A DNA stretch of 15,345 nt from Gemmatimonadota bacterium (GCA_040905425.1 JBBDRO010000062.1:13613-28957), one strand, 5' to 3'. Shown: positions 6,432 to 15,191, counted from the first letter of the stretch. Notes: generated from the letters alone by a model not told the origin. Translations and numbers: made by a program.

Positions 6432-8789
6432 TCACCCGCCGCTCCCGACCAGCGCCTGCAGGCGGCGGCGCGCGGCTTCCACGCGCGGCTGGAGCGGCGC
6501 GTCCGCCTCCTCCCACTGCTCGATGAAGCGGGCGTAGTAGTCGGCGGCGGCCTCCCGATCCCCGTCCGCTTCGGCCAGCTGGCCGAGCAGGTGGAGGATG
6601 CGAGCCAGGTCAACCATGTAGGGACCGATGATGTCCTCGGTGCGCAGGGTGCGGACCGTATCGAAGGCAGCGTAGGCGGCGCGTGCGGCCCCGGTATCAC
6701 CCTGGCGGAGCGCCAGGTCACCGCGCGCACTCAGGGCGCAGGGTGTGCAGACCCGCTCGAGCGCCGGCAGCGCCCGCTCCGCGGCCGCCAGATCCCCCGC
6801 CGCCAGCGGAATCCGCACGTCCAGGGTGGCCCGCGTGCCGGGGGTGGGCGGCGGCGCCACCGAATCGGCGCGCCAGCGTTCGAGCACCTGACGCGCCCGC
6901 GCCGGCCGCCCCGCCTGCGCCCAGGCGGTAGCCAGCAACCCGTAGGGGCGTTCGGCTGGCGGCATGGACTCGAGGGGGCGCTCCGCGAGCGCCTCATCGA
7001 TCACGGCCAGGGCCGCGGCGGTGTCCCCCGCGGCCAGGTGAACGTAGGTGGGACCCAAGCGGACGAACGCGGCCATCGCGGGAAGCGCGCTGAGATCCAT
7101 GGCGCTACCCAGCTCGTGGATCTCCGCCAGCGCGGCTGCGCCGCGGCCGCGCAGCGCGTGGAGCACCACCGCCTGCCAGCGCCCCCCGATCTCCCATTCC
7201 GCCTGCCCCGCCAGCTCCCGGTCCAGGACGTCGAGGACGCTGTCGGCCGCTTCCCATTCACGGGCCAGGGACGCCAGGATCATCCGGCCCTCCCCCAGCA
7301 TGCCACTGCCGGGAAAGGCGGCACGCCCGGAATCGATCACCGCCACCGCCTCCGCGTCCCGCCCCTGCGCCCAGAGGGCGGCGGCCACCACCATGTAGTT
7401 GGTGGTCGTGGCACCACCCGCCATGGCGCGGCGGCCAGACTCCTCGGCGCGTTCAGGCTGATCGCGTTGCCCATAGAGAATCGCAACGTTGTTCAGCGCC
7501 GTGCGATCCTCGAAGCGTTCGATGGCGCGCTCGTAGGCGGCGATGGCGCGGTCGTAATCGAACGTCACGCGCGCATGGTAGCTGCCTTCGGCCAGATAGC
7601 GCTCCCGCTCGGGCAACCGGTCGCTCAGCTCGAAGGCGCGCGTATACGCCTCATTCGAAGCCACCGGGTCCACACCCAGGTTGCCGAGCTCCACGCCGAG
7701 CTTCCGCCACGCCATGGCGAACTCGGGATCCTCCTCCACCGCCTGCTCGAAGATCCGTACCGCGCGCGAGCGGTCCTCGCCCACCGCCAGCGCGCGCACC
7801 CCCTGCGTATAGAGACGCAGCGCTTCCATGCTGCCAGTGGTGATCCGCTCCAGCGGCTCGCCGGCGCGGGCGGACTTGAGGGACTCGCCGATGCGGGCGC
7901 GAATCTTCTCGGAGAGCTCGTCCACGGCGTCGATGAGCCCGGCCGAATCGCGCGCGGTGACGCGGAAGGGGGCCAGCTCGGCGCCGTCGCTGGCGTTCAG
8001 CACGTGGGCGGTGAGCACGTAGCCGCCGCCCAGGCGCGCCACCTCGCCGGCCAGGACGGCCTGGTAGCCTTCGCGCGCCGCCAGCTCCCGCGCGGTGGCC
8101 GTGGTCAGCTTGGCTTCACCGTCCAGGCGCATGCGCGCCAGCGCATCGTTGACGCGGGCGGCATCGGCCAGGCGGACCTTCGTGGAACTCTGCAGGTCCA
8201 CCCGCAGCGCCTCCGTGACCACATCGCCCAGGTCGCTGCCGGGCGCGGGGCTCTCGAAGTCGGCCAGCAGCAGGACGGCGTCCTCGGCCAGCTCGCCGCT
8301 GCACATGAGCGTGCTGGCGGGTCCCAGGCACGCGGCGCGCATGCCCATGAAGCCGGTGCTGGCCAGCCCCAGGAGGGCAAAGGCCAGCACGCCGCCGGTG
8401 ATGGCCCGGTTCCAGGTGAACAGGCGCTGCGCGCCGGTGGCGGGCTCCGCGCGCTCCGGCGCGGCCGGCACAGCCCGGGCCGCGGACTCCCCTGCGCCGA
8501 TCTCGTCGGTGACGGACTCCAGCCCCTCCAGGCGCACTTCCTCGCGCGCGGCGGCCCGCGCCTGCAGCGGCCCGCCGCGCTGCACCAGCGCCGTGGCCAG
8601 GATGATCGGCAGGCCGATGGCGGAGAGGATGACCGCGAGCGGCGGCACCCACAGCGGCAGCCCCAACCCCTCGGTGAGCGAGAGCACTACCTCGTAGACG
8701 ATCCAGGACGCCACGAGGTAGCCCGCCGTGATCTGCCACAGCGAGCGGCGGTGCGCCTCGCGCAGCAGTTGCTCGAGATTGTGCGGCAT
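6432..8789 (-). CDS. Membrane-anchored TPR protein with a TolB-N-like domain (785 aa)
   Basis: N-terminal REAHRRSLWQITAGYLVASW..LPLW two-TM module; third TM (AITGGVLAFALLGLASTGF); VLLLADFE alpha/beta domain; TTGSMEALRLYTQG; TPR repeats (FEQAVEEDPEFAMAWRKLG, YDRAIAAYERAIE). Confidence 0.85.
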   Translation of the reverse strand: MPHNLEQLLREAHRRSLWQITAGYLVASWIVYEVVLSLTEGLGLPLWVPPLAVILSAIGLPIILATALVQRGGPLQARAAAREEVRLEGLESVTDEIGAGESAARAVPAAPERAEPATGAQRLFTWNRAITGGVLAFALLGLASTGFMGMRAACLGPASTLMCSGELAEDAVLLLADFESPAPGSDLGDVVTEALRVDLQSSTKVRLADAARVNDALARMRLDGEAKLTTATARELAAREGYQAVLAGEVARLGGGYVLTAHVLNASDGAELAPFRVTARDSAGLIDAVDELSEKIRARIGESLKSARAGEPLERITTGSMEALRLYTQGVRALAVGEDRSRAVRIFEQAVEEDPEFAMAWRKLGVELGNLGVDPVASNEAYTRAFELSDRLPERERYLAEGSYHARVTFDYDRAIAAYERAIERFEDRTALNNVAILYGQRDQPERAEESGRRAMAGGATTTNYMVVAAALWAQGRDAEAVAVIDSGRAAFPGSGMLGEGRMILASLAREWEAADSVLDVLDRELAGQAEWEIGGRWQAVVLHALRGRGAAALAEIHELGSAMDLSALPAMAAFVRLGPTYVHLAAGDTAAALAVIDEALAERPLESMPPAERPYGLLATAWAQAGRPARARQVLERWRADSVAPPPTPGTRATLDVRIPLAAGDLAAAERALPALERVCTPCALSARGDLALRQGDTGAARAAYAAFDTVRTLRTEDIIGPYMVDLARILHLLGQLAEADGDREAAADYYARFIEQWEEADAPLQPRVEAARRRLQALVGSGG

Positions 8790-8827
8790 ATTGGTTCCGA
8801 TGATGCGGGAGCGGCGTGTGGTTCTGC

Positions 8828-8857
8828 AATATGGGGCCCGACGCCTTGCCGGCTCAA
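8828..8857 (-). promoter_or_regulatory. Possible sigma70-type promoter for the TPR gene
   Basis: TTGAGC-N18-CATATT located 38 nt upstream of the ATG at 8789. Confidence 0.3.
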
Positions 8858-8980
8858 GTCAGTCGTGATCCGGCCCCCACGGGAGCGAGATCATTCGGCC
8901 GGGAAATCGGCCCCGACTCTACCGTTGAACCCTTGGGGGATGTGCGGCGCCGCAGCGCCGGCATGGCACGTCTCGACGGC

Positions 8981-9537
8981 CTAATGGTGCTTGATCGCAT
9001 ACTCCCGCACGTAGGCAACATCCATCGCGTCCCACTCCACGCCCAGCAGGTCGCGCTCGCCAATCCACTGGATCCACAGGCCCTCCGGCAGCTCGATCGT
9101 AGCCTCAGGCCGGCCGTCTGCGGTGAGGACCCTGTAGCGGGCCACCGTGTCACCCGGAACCACGGTCTCCCTGACCCAGACGCGGTCATCCCGGTCCACC
9201 ACGAGCCAATCGAAACTGGCCATGGAGTCGGGATACGCCACCTCCGGGGTGCCGCCGGTCCGGTTGCTGGCCACCTCGCGGTACCAGCTCTCCGCCTGCT
9301 CGCGGACGGCAGCGGTGACGGGGCGCCGCGGCAATCCGGCTGTCGGAAAGCCGAACGATGCCGCGGATCTCCTGGATGATGTGCTCCTCCGCCACCTCCG
9401 CCCCGCCGATGCTCAGCGTGGACGCGGGACTCGGGCGCCACCGGGCCAGCTCCGCCGATGGATCCCCTTCGTCGGCGCCCTCCGCACAGCCAGGCAGAAA
9501 GCTGAGCGCCGCGCACACCACGCAGCGTGCTAAGCCG
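8981..9537 (-). pseudogene. Remnant of a 6-bladed beta-propeller lipoprotein gene (5'-truncated, with an internal deletion and frameshift)
   Basis: One frame gives a lipobox-like LSFLPGC and TLSIGGAEV..IQEIRGIVRLSDSRIAAA (first blade). Near 9323-9334 it switches frame to RPVT..FDWLVVDRDDRVWVR..YRVLTADGR..IELPEGL..IGERDLLGVEWDAMDVAYVREY (last blades). No RBS-supported start codon. Confidence 0.7.
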
Positions 9538-9685
9538 CGACGCCCGGAAGCCACCGGCGGCCTCCGGGCGTCGTCGCTTACGAACGAACGCTGCACGCGC
9601 TCAGGTGCCGACGGCCGCGCCCTGCAGCTGCGCCGCCGCCCGCTCATTCTCGGCCCACACGCGCAGCAGGTTGCCGCCCCAGAGC
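9538..9685. repeat. Direct repeat copy A (148 bp): orphan 3' end of the dipeptidase gene plus downstream hairpin
   Basis: Ungapped match to 11064-11211, 136/148 identical by manual count; minus strand encodes LWGGNLLRVWAENERAAAQLQGAAVGT*. Confidence 0.93.
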
Positions 9686-9687
9686 AG

Positions 9688-9879
9688 CTACCGCTCGTGC
9701 CGGATATACCGCCAGTACATAAACCCGGCGAACAGGAGTGCCGAAAGCGCTGCGGTATGAATCCGCGGTTCCTCGCCCAAAAGCCAGACCCCCAACAGAT
9801 TGAAGATCAGAAGCGCCACGAATGCAAACGCGGTCTTCGGTAGTGGAGCGAGACCAGCCAACCTGTCGCGAATGTTCAT
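9688..9879 (-). CDS. Small two-TM membrane protein (63 aa), candidate immunity protein
   Basis: ATGA overlap with the upstream stop (9876-9879); hydrophobic helices TAFAFVALLIFNLLGVWLLG and ALSALLFAGFMYW; basic termini. Confidence 0.68.
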   Translation of the reverse strand: MNIRDRLAGLAPLPKTAFAFVALLIFNLLGVWLLGEEPRIHTAALSALLFAGFMYWRYIRHER

Positions 9880-10823
9880 GACGCTATAATTTCAAGCAGT
9901 TGGTCGACAAATTCAGTTGCCGAGTAACCCAACGCCCCGGCCAAGACTCCCTGCGGCACAGCCGCACGGATCGCCCAAGCAACCAAGCCGCCGCCTACGG
10001 CTCCTACAATGTCTTTCTTCGCTATCCGCCAATGATCCCAGCCCGCACTTTGGACAGCCATTGATGATGAAGCGAACGTCGGTGCGACGTCCCACGAACC
10101 GCCATTGTGAGCCACCAGCGTGATCGAATGTGTGGAATTGGGTGGCCAAATTGAATATCCCACACGTATTGTGGGGAATGGATCGGGACAAAGGTCGTCC
10201 CACACGATTGGCCCTTCCGAATCGAGGCACTCGTCGACAAAACTTTGCCACTCGTCCGCGCTTTCCTCCCACTCGTACGCCGAACTAACAGCGACGGACG
10301 ATATTGAGAGGACCAGTTCAGCTTCTGCGGTGATAAGGGTTGCGGAGGCTGCCGACTCGATCAATGCGATTGCAGATTCGAGTTGAGCTGCCGTCGTTGA
10401 ATTGTCCGCAGCCGCGACGATATCGTCGATATAATCCAGGGCTGCCTGAGAGGGCGGATCCTCGTCCATAAGCGCCACTGACGATTCCATGCCGGCGTGG
10501 GCACGATTCGCAATCGCCTGAAGGCAGGTCCTGATATCTCTCACATTTTCCAGGAACTCCCGGCAAATCTGCTCTACCATGAGACGGGAGTTAGCCCGAT
10601 TGAACGTGCCAGCTTTCAGGCTTGCCCTGGTTCTTGCGGTCAGGGCCTGCATGCCCTCGTTATGCCGGGCACCCACCCAATCGTGCGGGTTTCCGCGCGT
10701 CGGCTTTTGGTCGATGCCCTCCTGAACGACGAATGCCTCATCGACCGGTCCTGCCCCCGAGGTATCGCAACCGATAGAGAGTATGCATAAGAACCCGACG
10801 ACCAACGCATACGTTCGCCTCAT
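9876..10823 (-). CDS. Hypothetical lipoprotein (315 aa) with a C-terminal glycine-zipper-like hydrophobic segment
   Basis: GAGG upstream of the ATG; lipoprotein signal MRRTYALVVGFLCILSIG-C; NPHDWVGARHNEGM motif; helical core ending SVAVSSAYEW; C-terminus WRIAKKDIVGAVGGGLVAWAIRAAVPQGVLAGALGYS. Confidence 0.8.
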   Translation of the reverse strand: MRRTYALVVGFLCILSIGCDTSGAGPVDEAFVVQEGIDQKPTRGNPHDWVGARHNEGMQALTARTRASLKAGTFNRANSRLMVEQICREFLENVRDIRTCLQAIANRAHAGMESSVALMDEDPPSQAALDYIDDIVAAADNSTTAAQLESAIALIESAASATLITAEAELVLSISSVAVSSAYEWEESADEWQSFVDECLDSEGPIVWDDLCPDPFPTIRVGYSIWPPNSTHSITLVAHNGGSWDVAPTFASSSMAVQSAGWDHWRIAKKDIVGAVGGGLVAWAIRAAVPQGVLAGALGYSATEFVDQLLEIIAS

Positions 10824-11059
10824 GGTCCCGCCTCATCATAGTTATGGAGACGGAGTGATCATCGGCAGGCAGGAAAACCGAGTTTCAATCAGTCAGACGA
10901 ATCTTGCGGGAAAGAATTTTCCCCGATTCGTCATGAGTAAACGTACCACCATGGCTGGCTGCGCGTAAAGGTGCAGGTGCAGGACTTGTGGCGATATGGC
11001 GCCAACGCAAAACGCTATCGTCAGGAGGGCACGAAGGGTACTACAGTGCAACGCGCCAG

Positions 11060-11103
11060 GCGACGACGCCCGGAAGCCACCGGCGGCCTCCGGGCGTCGT
11101 CGC
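11060..11103 (-). terminator. Strong stem-loop downstream of the dipeptidase gene (probable terminator, no clear U-tract)
   Basis: Perfect 15-bp inverted repeat gcgacgacgcccgga (11060-11074) / tccgggcgtcgtcgc (11089-11103), extendable to 20 bp with G:U pairs on the minus-strand RNA; 23 nt after the stop at 11127. Confidence 0.7.
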
Positions 11104-11211
11104 TTACGAACGAACGCTGCCCGGCCTCAGTTGCCGGCTGCCGCGCCCTGCAGCTCCGCCGCCACACGCTCGTTTGCGGCCCACACGCGCAGCAGGTTGC
11201 CGCCCCAGAGC
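11064..11211. repeat. Direct repeat copy B (148 bp): functional 3' end of the dipeptidase gene plus hairpin
   Basis: Matches 9538-9685 at an offset of 1526 nt. Confidence 0.93.
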
Positions 11212-12380
11212 TTGGCGATCTCCTCCTCCGTGTAGCCGCGGCGCACCAGCTCCAGCGTCACGTTCAGGCTCTCCGCGGCGCTGTCCCAGCCGGTCACGCC
11301 GCCGCCGCCGTCGAAGTCCGAGCTGATGCCCACGTGGTCGATGCCGATGAGCTCCACCGCGTGGTCGATGTGGTCCACGAAGTCGGCCACCGTGGCGCCC
11401 GGGAACCGCTGGCGGATCTCCTCCATGCGCGCGTCGTACTCGGCGCGGCGCTCCTCGGTGAGGGCGTCCATGCCGCCCCGGCCCCCCGTCACGCCGAACT
11501 CCTCGCGCAGCGCCTGGATGGCCTGGCCGCGCTCGGGCGGCTGGATCTTGACGTAGCCGTCGAAGGCCACGGTCTGCATGACGCCGCCGTTCTCACGGAG
11601 CGCCTGCAGCGTCTCGTCATCCATGTTGCGCGGGTGATCCGCCACGGCGCGCGTGCTGGAGTGGGAGGCTATGACCGGCGCCTGCGAGACGCGCATGGCA
11701 TGCAGCGCGGCGTTCTTGGAGATGTGGGAGACGTCCACCATGATGCCCAGGCGGTTCATCTCGGCCACCACCTGTTCACCGAACGCCGACAGGCCGCCGT
11801 GCTCCTCCTCGGCGTCGTCCCCGCGCGGCGTGGCGGAATCCGCAATGTCATTGTGGCCGCCGTGGGCCAGCGTGATGTAGCGGCCGCCGCGGGCGTGGAA
11901 GTCGGCCAGGTTGGCCAGGTCATTGCCGATCGGGTAGCCGTTCTCGATGCCGATGGCCACCACCAGCTTGCCCGCGGCATGGATGCGCTCCACGTCGGCG
12001 GCGGTGTAGGCAATCTCCACCTGGTCGGGGCACTGCACCTCGGCCATGCGGTGGATGCCGTCGAACTTCTGGATGGCCTGCTCGTGAGCGCGCGCGTTGC
12101 CCTCCGGCGTGCGCTCGCCCTGGCCCACATAGACAATGAAGAAGGCCACGTCGAGCAGCCCCTCACGCATCTTGGGCACGTCCACCTGGCGGTCCACGGC
12201 CTGGCAGGCGTTGTAGTCATCGCTCCCGAAGCTGCCGGGGATGTCATCGTGCGTGTCGATGGTGAGCACGCGCTCGTGGATCTCCTGGGCGCGGGCCAGC
12301 TGCGCTTCCTCGGTGTCACGGGCGGTGCACGCGGTGGTGAGCGCGGCCAGGACGAGGAGCAGCGGGGTTCTGCGGGACAT
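11127..12380 (-). CDS. Membrane dipeptidase, peptidase family M19 (renal dipeptidase-like), predicted lipoprotein (417 aa)
   Basis: GGAGGA RBS before the ATG at 12380; lipobox LTTAC; motifs IDTHDD, QVDVPKMREG, IGIENG, YITLAH, EMNRLGIMVDVSH, PVIASHSS, RNMDDE, DHIDH, HVGISSDFDGGG, KLWGGNLLRV. Confidence 0.95.
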   Translation of the reverse strand: MSRRTPLLLVLAALTTACTARDTEEAQLARAQEIHERVLTIDTHDDIPGSFGSDDYNACQAVDRQVDVPKMREGLLDVAFFIVYVGQGERTPEGNARAHEQAIQKFDGIHRMAEVQCPDQVEIAYTAADVERIHAAGKLVVAIGIENGYPIGNDLANLADFHARGGRYITLAHGGHNDIADSATPRGDDAEEEHGGLSAFGEQVVAEMNRLGIMVDVSHISKNAALHAMRVSQAPVIASHSSTRAVADHPRNMDDETLQALRENGGVMQTVAFDGYVKIQPPERGQAIQALREEFGVTGGRGGMDALTEERRAEYDARMEEIRQRFPGATVADFVDHIDHAVELIGIDHVGISSDFDGGGGVTGWDSAAESLNVTLELVRRGYTEEEIAKLWGGNLLRVWAANERVAAELQGAAAGN

Positions 12381-12488
12381 GGACGTCCTCCGGTTTGCGG
12401 CGCACCGGCGGGAGGGCGGCGCGGCCCGTAGCTGAGTCTGTGAGTGTGGCTGAAAGGTGGGGAGGCGGGTACCGGGCTGCAAGCCCGC

Positions 12489-13217
12489 TCAGTCCTGCGA
12501 GCCGCCCGTGCCGCGCGGCTCCAGGACCAGCCCGTCCGCGATGAGGAAGCGGAAGCGGGGGGAGGGGATGCCCGCGGCCTGCACCACGGGCGTGAGCATG
12601 CGCTGCAGCGCCTCCGCGGTGTTCAGCCGGGGCTGCGCGGAGCGGACCAGATGCAGTTCGGCCTGGTCCTCCAGCGCGCCCTGGGCAATCTCCAGCGCCC
12701 GCTTCTCCACGGCCTGCGTGGTGCTGCCCACGCGAGCCCAGCCGCGGTCGGTCTCCACCTCCATGTCGGCCAGGTTGGGCTCCACGGAGTAGACGGTGAG
12801 GGCGGGAATGGTAACCTGGATGAGGTCGTCGGTCACCTCGATGAGTCCGGGGTGCAGCGTGCCCACGTCGAAGCCGTAGGACACGCGCCCGGGCACGCGC
12901 ACGTAGGCGGACGTGGTGCCCAGGCTCAGCCCCACCAGGCCCGGCAGCACGCGGCGGGTGTTCTCCACCCGTGCGGTGGCCGTGATGTCCAGTGCGCCGG
13001 TCACCAGGAAGGCGCGCGGACTCTCCCGCTGCAGCACCGCCCAGATCTGGTCGCGGACGTCCTCATCGGAGATGGTGGGCGCAGCCAGGCGCACCGCCAG
13101 CGCCACGCCGAAGACCAGCAGGAGCACGCCCGCCAGCAACGCCAGGGGCCACAGCCGGAGCCCGGCCCACGAGGCGCCGCCTGCGGGGGCTGGACCTGGG
13201 GGGGCCGGCCGTGACAT
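12489..13217 (-). CDS. DUF4230-like single-TM membrane protein (242 aa)
   Basis: GAGGAG RBS before the ATG at 13217; N-terminal TM; pattern VRVPGRVSYGFDV..IQVTIPALTV followed by a helical A..NTAEALQRML end, resembling DUF4230. Confidence 0.72.
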   Translation of the reverse strand: MSRPAPPGPAPAGGASWAGLRLWPLALLAGVLLLVFGVALAVRLAAPTISDEDVRDQIWAVLQRESPRAFLVTGALDITATARVENTRRVLPGLVGLSLGTTSAYVRVPGRVSYGFDVGTLHPGLIEVTDDLIQVTIPALTVYSVEPNLADMEVETDRGWARVGSTTQAVEKRALEIAQGALEDQAELHLVRSAQPRLNTAEALQRMLTPVVQAAGIPSPRFRFLIADGLVLEPRGTGGSQD

Positions 13218-13349
13218 GTTGCGCTCCTCTCGCTCGCGGGATTGGTGCGGGCTACAGCGCAACATTCACGCCCCCCTGAACGCGGGAACGAGCGGGGCGC
13301 GCCGCGCGTACATGATGCGGTGCAGGACCGCACTCCATTGGAGGCACTG

Positions 13350-15191
13350 ATGCAACGGCCCGTTGGTTTCCTGATCGCGGCGCTCCTGCTGGCCGCCGGC
13401 TGTTCTCCCGGCAACCCGGCGGTGCAGCCGCCCGCGCCCACCCCCACGCCCATTCCCACGCCCACGGCCGCCCAGGCCGAGGTCTTCGTGCGGGACACCG
13501 CCGAAGCCATGCTCTACGATCTGGGCGTGCGGGCCGGCCGGGCCGCCTGGGTGCAGGCCAACTTCATCACGCACGACACGGAGATCCTGGCCGCCGAGGC
13601 CAATGAGCGCTACCTGGCGGCCCAGTCGGCGCTGGCCGGCCGCGCCGCCGTCTACGACGGGCTTGACCTGCCTTACGACGTGGCGCGCAAGCTGGGCATC
13701 CTGAAGACCGCCATCACGCTGCCGGCCCCCCGCGATCCGGCGCGCACCACGGAGCTAAGCCGCCTGGCGGCCAGCCTGGAGAGCACGTACGGCAGCGGCC
13801 AGTACTGCCCGCCGGGCGGTGGCCCGTGCCTGGCGCTCGGGGAGCTGGAGAACATCCTGGCCACCTCCCGTGAGGAGCCGGAGTTGCGCGAGGCCTGGTC
13901 CGGCTGGCGCACCGTCTCCCCGCCCATGCGCGCCGATTTCAGCCGCTTTGTGGAGCTGGCCAACCAGGGCGCCACGCAGCTGGGCTACGCGGACGTGGGC
14001 GCGCTCTGGCGCTCGGGCTACGACATGGACCCCGACGCCTTCGCCGCCGAGCTGGACCGGCTCTGGGAGCAGGTGCGGCCGCTCTACGAGCGCCTCCACT
14101 GCTACGTGGGCCAGAAGCTGGGCGAGCACTACGGCTTCGACGTGGCCGGCCCGGGCCGCCCCCTGCCCGCCCACCTGCTGGGCAACATGTGGGGCCAGCA
14201 GTGGGGCAACATCTACGACCTGGTGGCGCCGGCCGACGCCGACCCCGGCTACGACCTCACCGCCCGCCTGCGCGCCGCGAACGCCGACGCCGTGGGAATG
14301 GTGCGCACCGGCGAGCGCTTCTTCTCGTCGATCGGCCTGGAGCCGCTGCCGGAGACCTTCTGGGAGCGCTCTCTGTTCGTGAAGCCGGCCGACCGGGAGG
14401 TGGTCTGCCACGCCAGCGCCTGGAACCTGGACGGCGTGGATGACCTGCGCATCAAGATGTGCATCGAGGTGGACGCCGAGGACTTCCAGACCATCCACCA
14501 CGAGCTGGGCCACAACTACTACCAGCGCGCCTACAACCACCTGAGCTACCTCTATCAGAACAGCGCCAATGACGGCTTCCACGAGGCGCTGGGGGACGCC
14601 GTGGCCCTCTCCGTCACCCCTGCCTACCTGAAGACCATCGGGCTGATCGAGGAGGAGCCGCCCGCGGAGGCGGACATAGGCCTGCTGCTGCGCGACGCGC
14701 TGGACAAGGTGGCGTTCCTGCCCTTCGGCCTGCTGGTGGACCAGTGGCGCTGGCGGGTCTTCTCGGGTGAGATTGCCCCCCCCGGCTACAACCAGGGCTG
14801 GTGGGACCTGCGCCTGCGCTACCAGGGGCTGGTACCGCCGGTGGCGCGCACGGAGGCGCACTTCGACCCGGGCGCCAAGTACCACGTGCCGGCCAACGTG
14901 CCGTACACGCGCTACTTCCTGGCGCACATCCTCCAGTTCCAGTTCCACCGCTCGCTGTGCCAGGCCGCCGGCTACCAGGGCCCGCTGCACCGCTGCTCGA
15001 TCTACGGCAACGAGGAGGCGGGCGCGCGCCTGGCGGCCATGATGGAGCTGGGCGCCAGCCGCCCGTGGCCGGAAGCCCTGCAGGCGCTCACCGGCAGCAG
15101 GGAGATGGACGCCACGGCCATCCAGGACTATTTCGCGCCGCTAGCCGCCTGGCTGGACGAGCAGAACCGCGGCCGGAGCTGCGGCTGGTGA
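13350..15191 (+). CDS. M2 family metallopeptidase (ACE-like peptidyl-dipeptidase A), predicted lipoprotein (613 aa)
   Basis: GGAGG RBS before the ATG at 13350; lipobox LAAGC and a PT linker; motifs [32 protein letters not shown] (HEXXH), [36 protein letters not shown]. Confidence 0.96.
   Translation: MQRPVGFLIAALLLAAGCSPGNPAVQPPAPTPTPIPTPTAAQAEVFVRDTAEAMLYDLGVRAGRAAWVQANFITHDTEILAAEANERYLAAQSALAGRAAVYDGLDLPYDVARKLGILKTAITLPAPRDPARTTELSRLAASLESTYGSGQYCPPGGGPCLALGELENILATSREEPELREAWSGWRTVSPPMRADFSRFVELANQGATQLGYADVGALWRSGYDMDPDAFAAELDRLWEQVRPLYERLHCYVGQKLGEHYGFDVAGPGRPLPAHLLGNMWGQQWGNIYDLVAPADADPGYDLTARLRAANADAVGMVRTGERFFSSIGLEPLPETFWERSLFVKPADREVVCHASAWNLDGVDDLRIKMCIEVDAEDFQTIHHELGHNYYQRAYNHLSYLYQNSANDGFHEALGDAVALSVTPAYLKTIGLIEEEPPAEADIGLLLRDALDKVAFLPFGLLVDQWRWRVFSGEIAPPGYNQGWWDLRLRYQGLVPPVARTEAHFDPGAKYHVPANVPYTRYFLAHILQFQFHRSLCQAAGYQGPLHRCSIYGNEEAGARLAAMMELGASRPWPEALQALTGSREMDATAIQDYFAPLAAWLDEQNRGRSCGW

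Larger units (their letters stand above)
9686..11063. mobile_element. Low-GC genomic islet between direct repeats (no integrase or transposase present)
   Basis: Sampled 60-nt lines are 48-57% GC versus 68-80% in the flanks; bounded by the 148-bp direct repeats; carries two genes. Confidence 0.7.

Noticed and set aside
6591..8984. 797-aa plus-strand ORF
   Set aside because: Antisense shadow of the TPR gene, typical of high-GC DNA; no recognisable motifs.
8981..9334. Stand-alone 117-aa gene or programmed frameshift
   Set aside because: The TTG start lacks an RBS, there is no slippery sequence at the junction, and the middle blades are missing; a deletion remnant is the simpler explanation.
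9538..9577. Duplicated hairpin as a REP/MITE or integron attC site
   Set aside because: Both copies lie within a larger duplication that includes dipeptidase coding sequence; there are only two copies, no attC core boxes are evident and no integrase or transposase is present.
10971..12431. 486-aa plus-strand ORF
   Set aside because: Antisense to the well-supported M19 dipeptidase and crosses its hairpin.
13755..14990. 411-aa minus-strand ORF
   Set aside because: Antisense shadow of the M2 peptidase.
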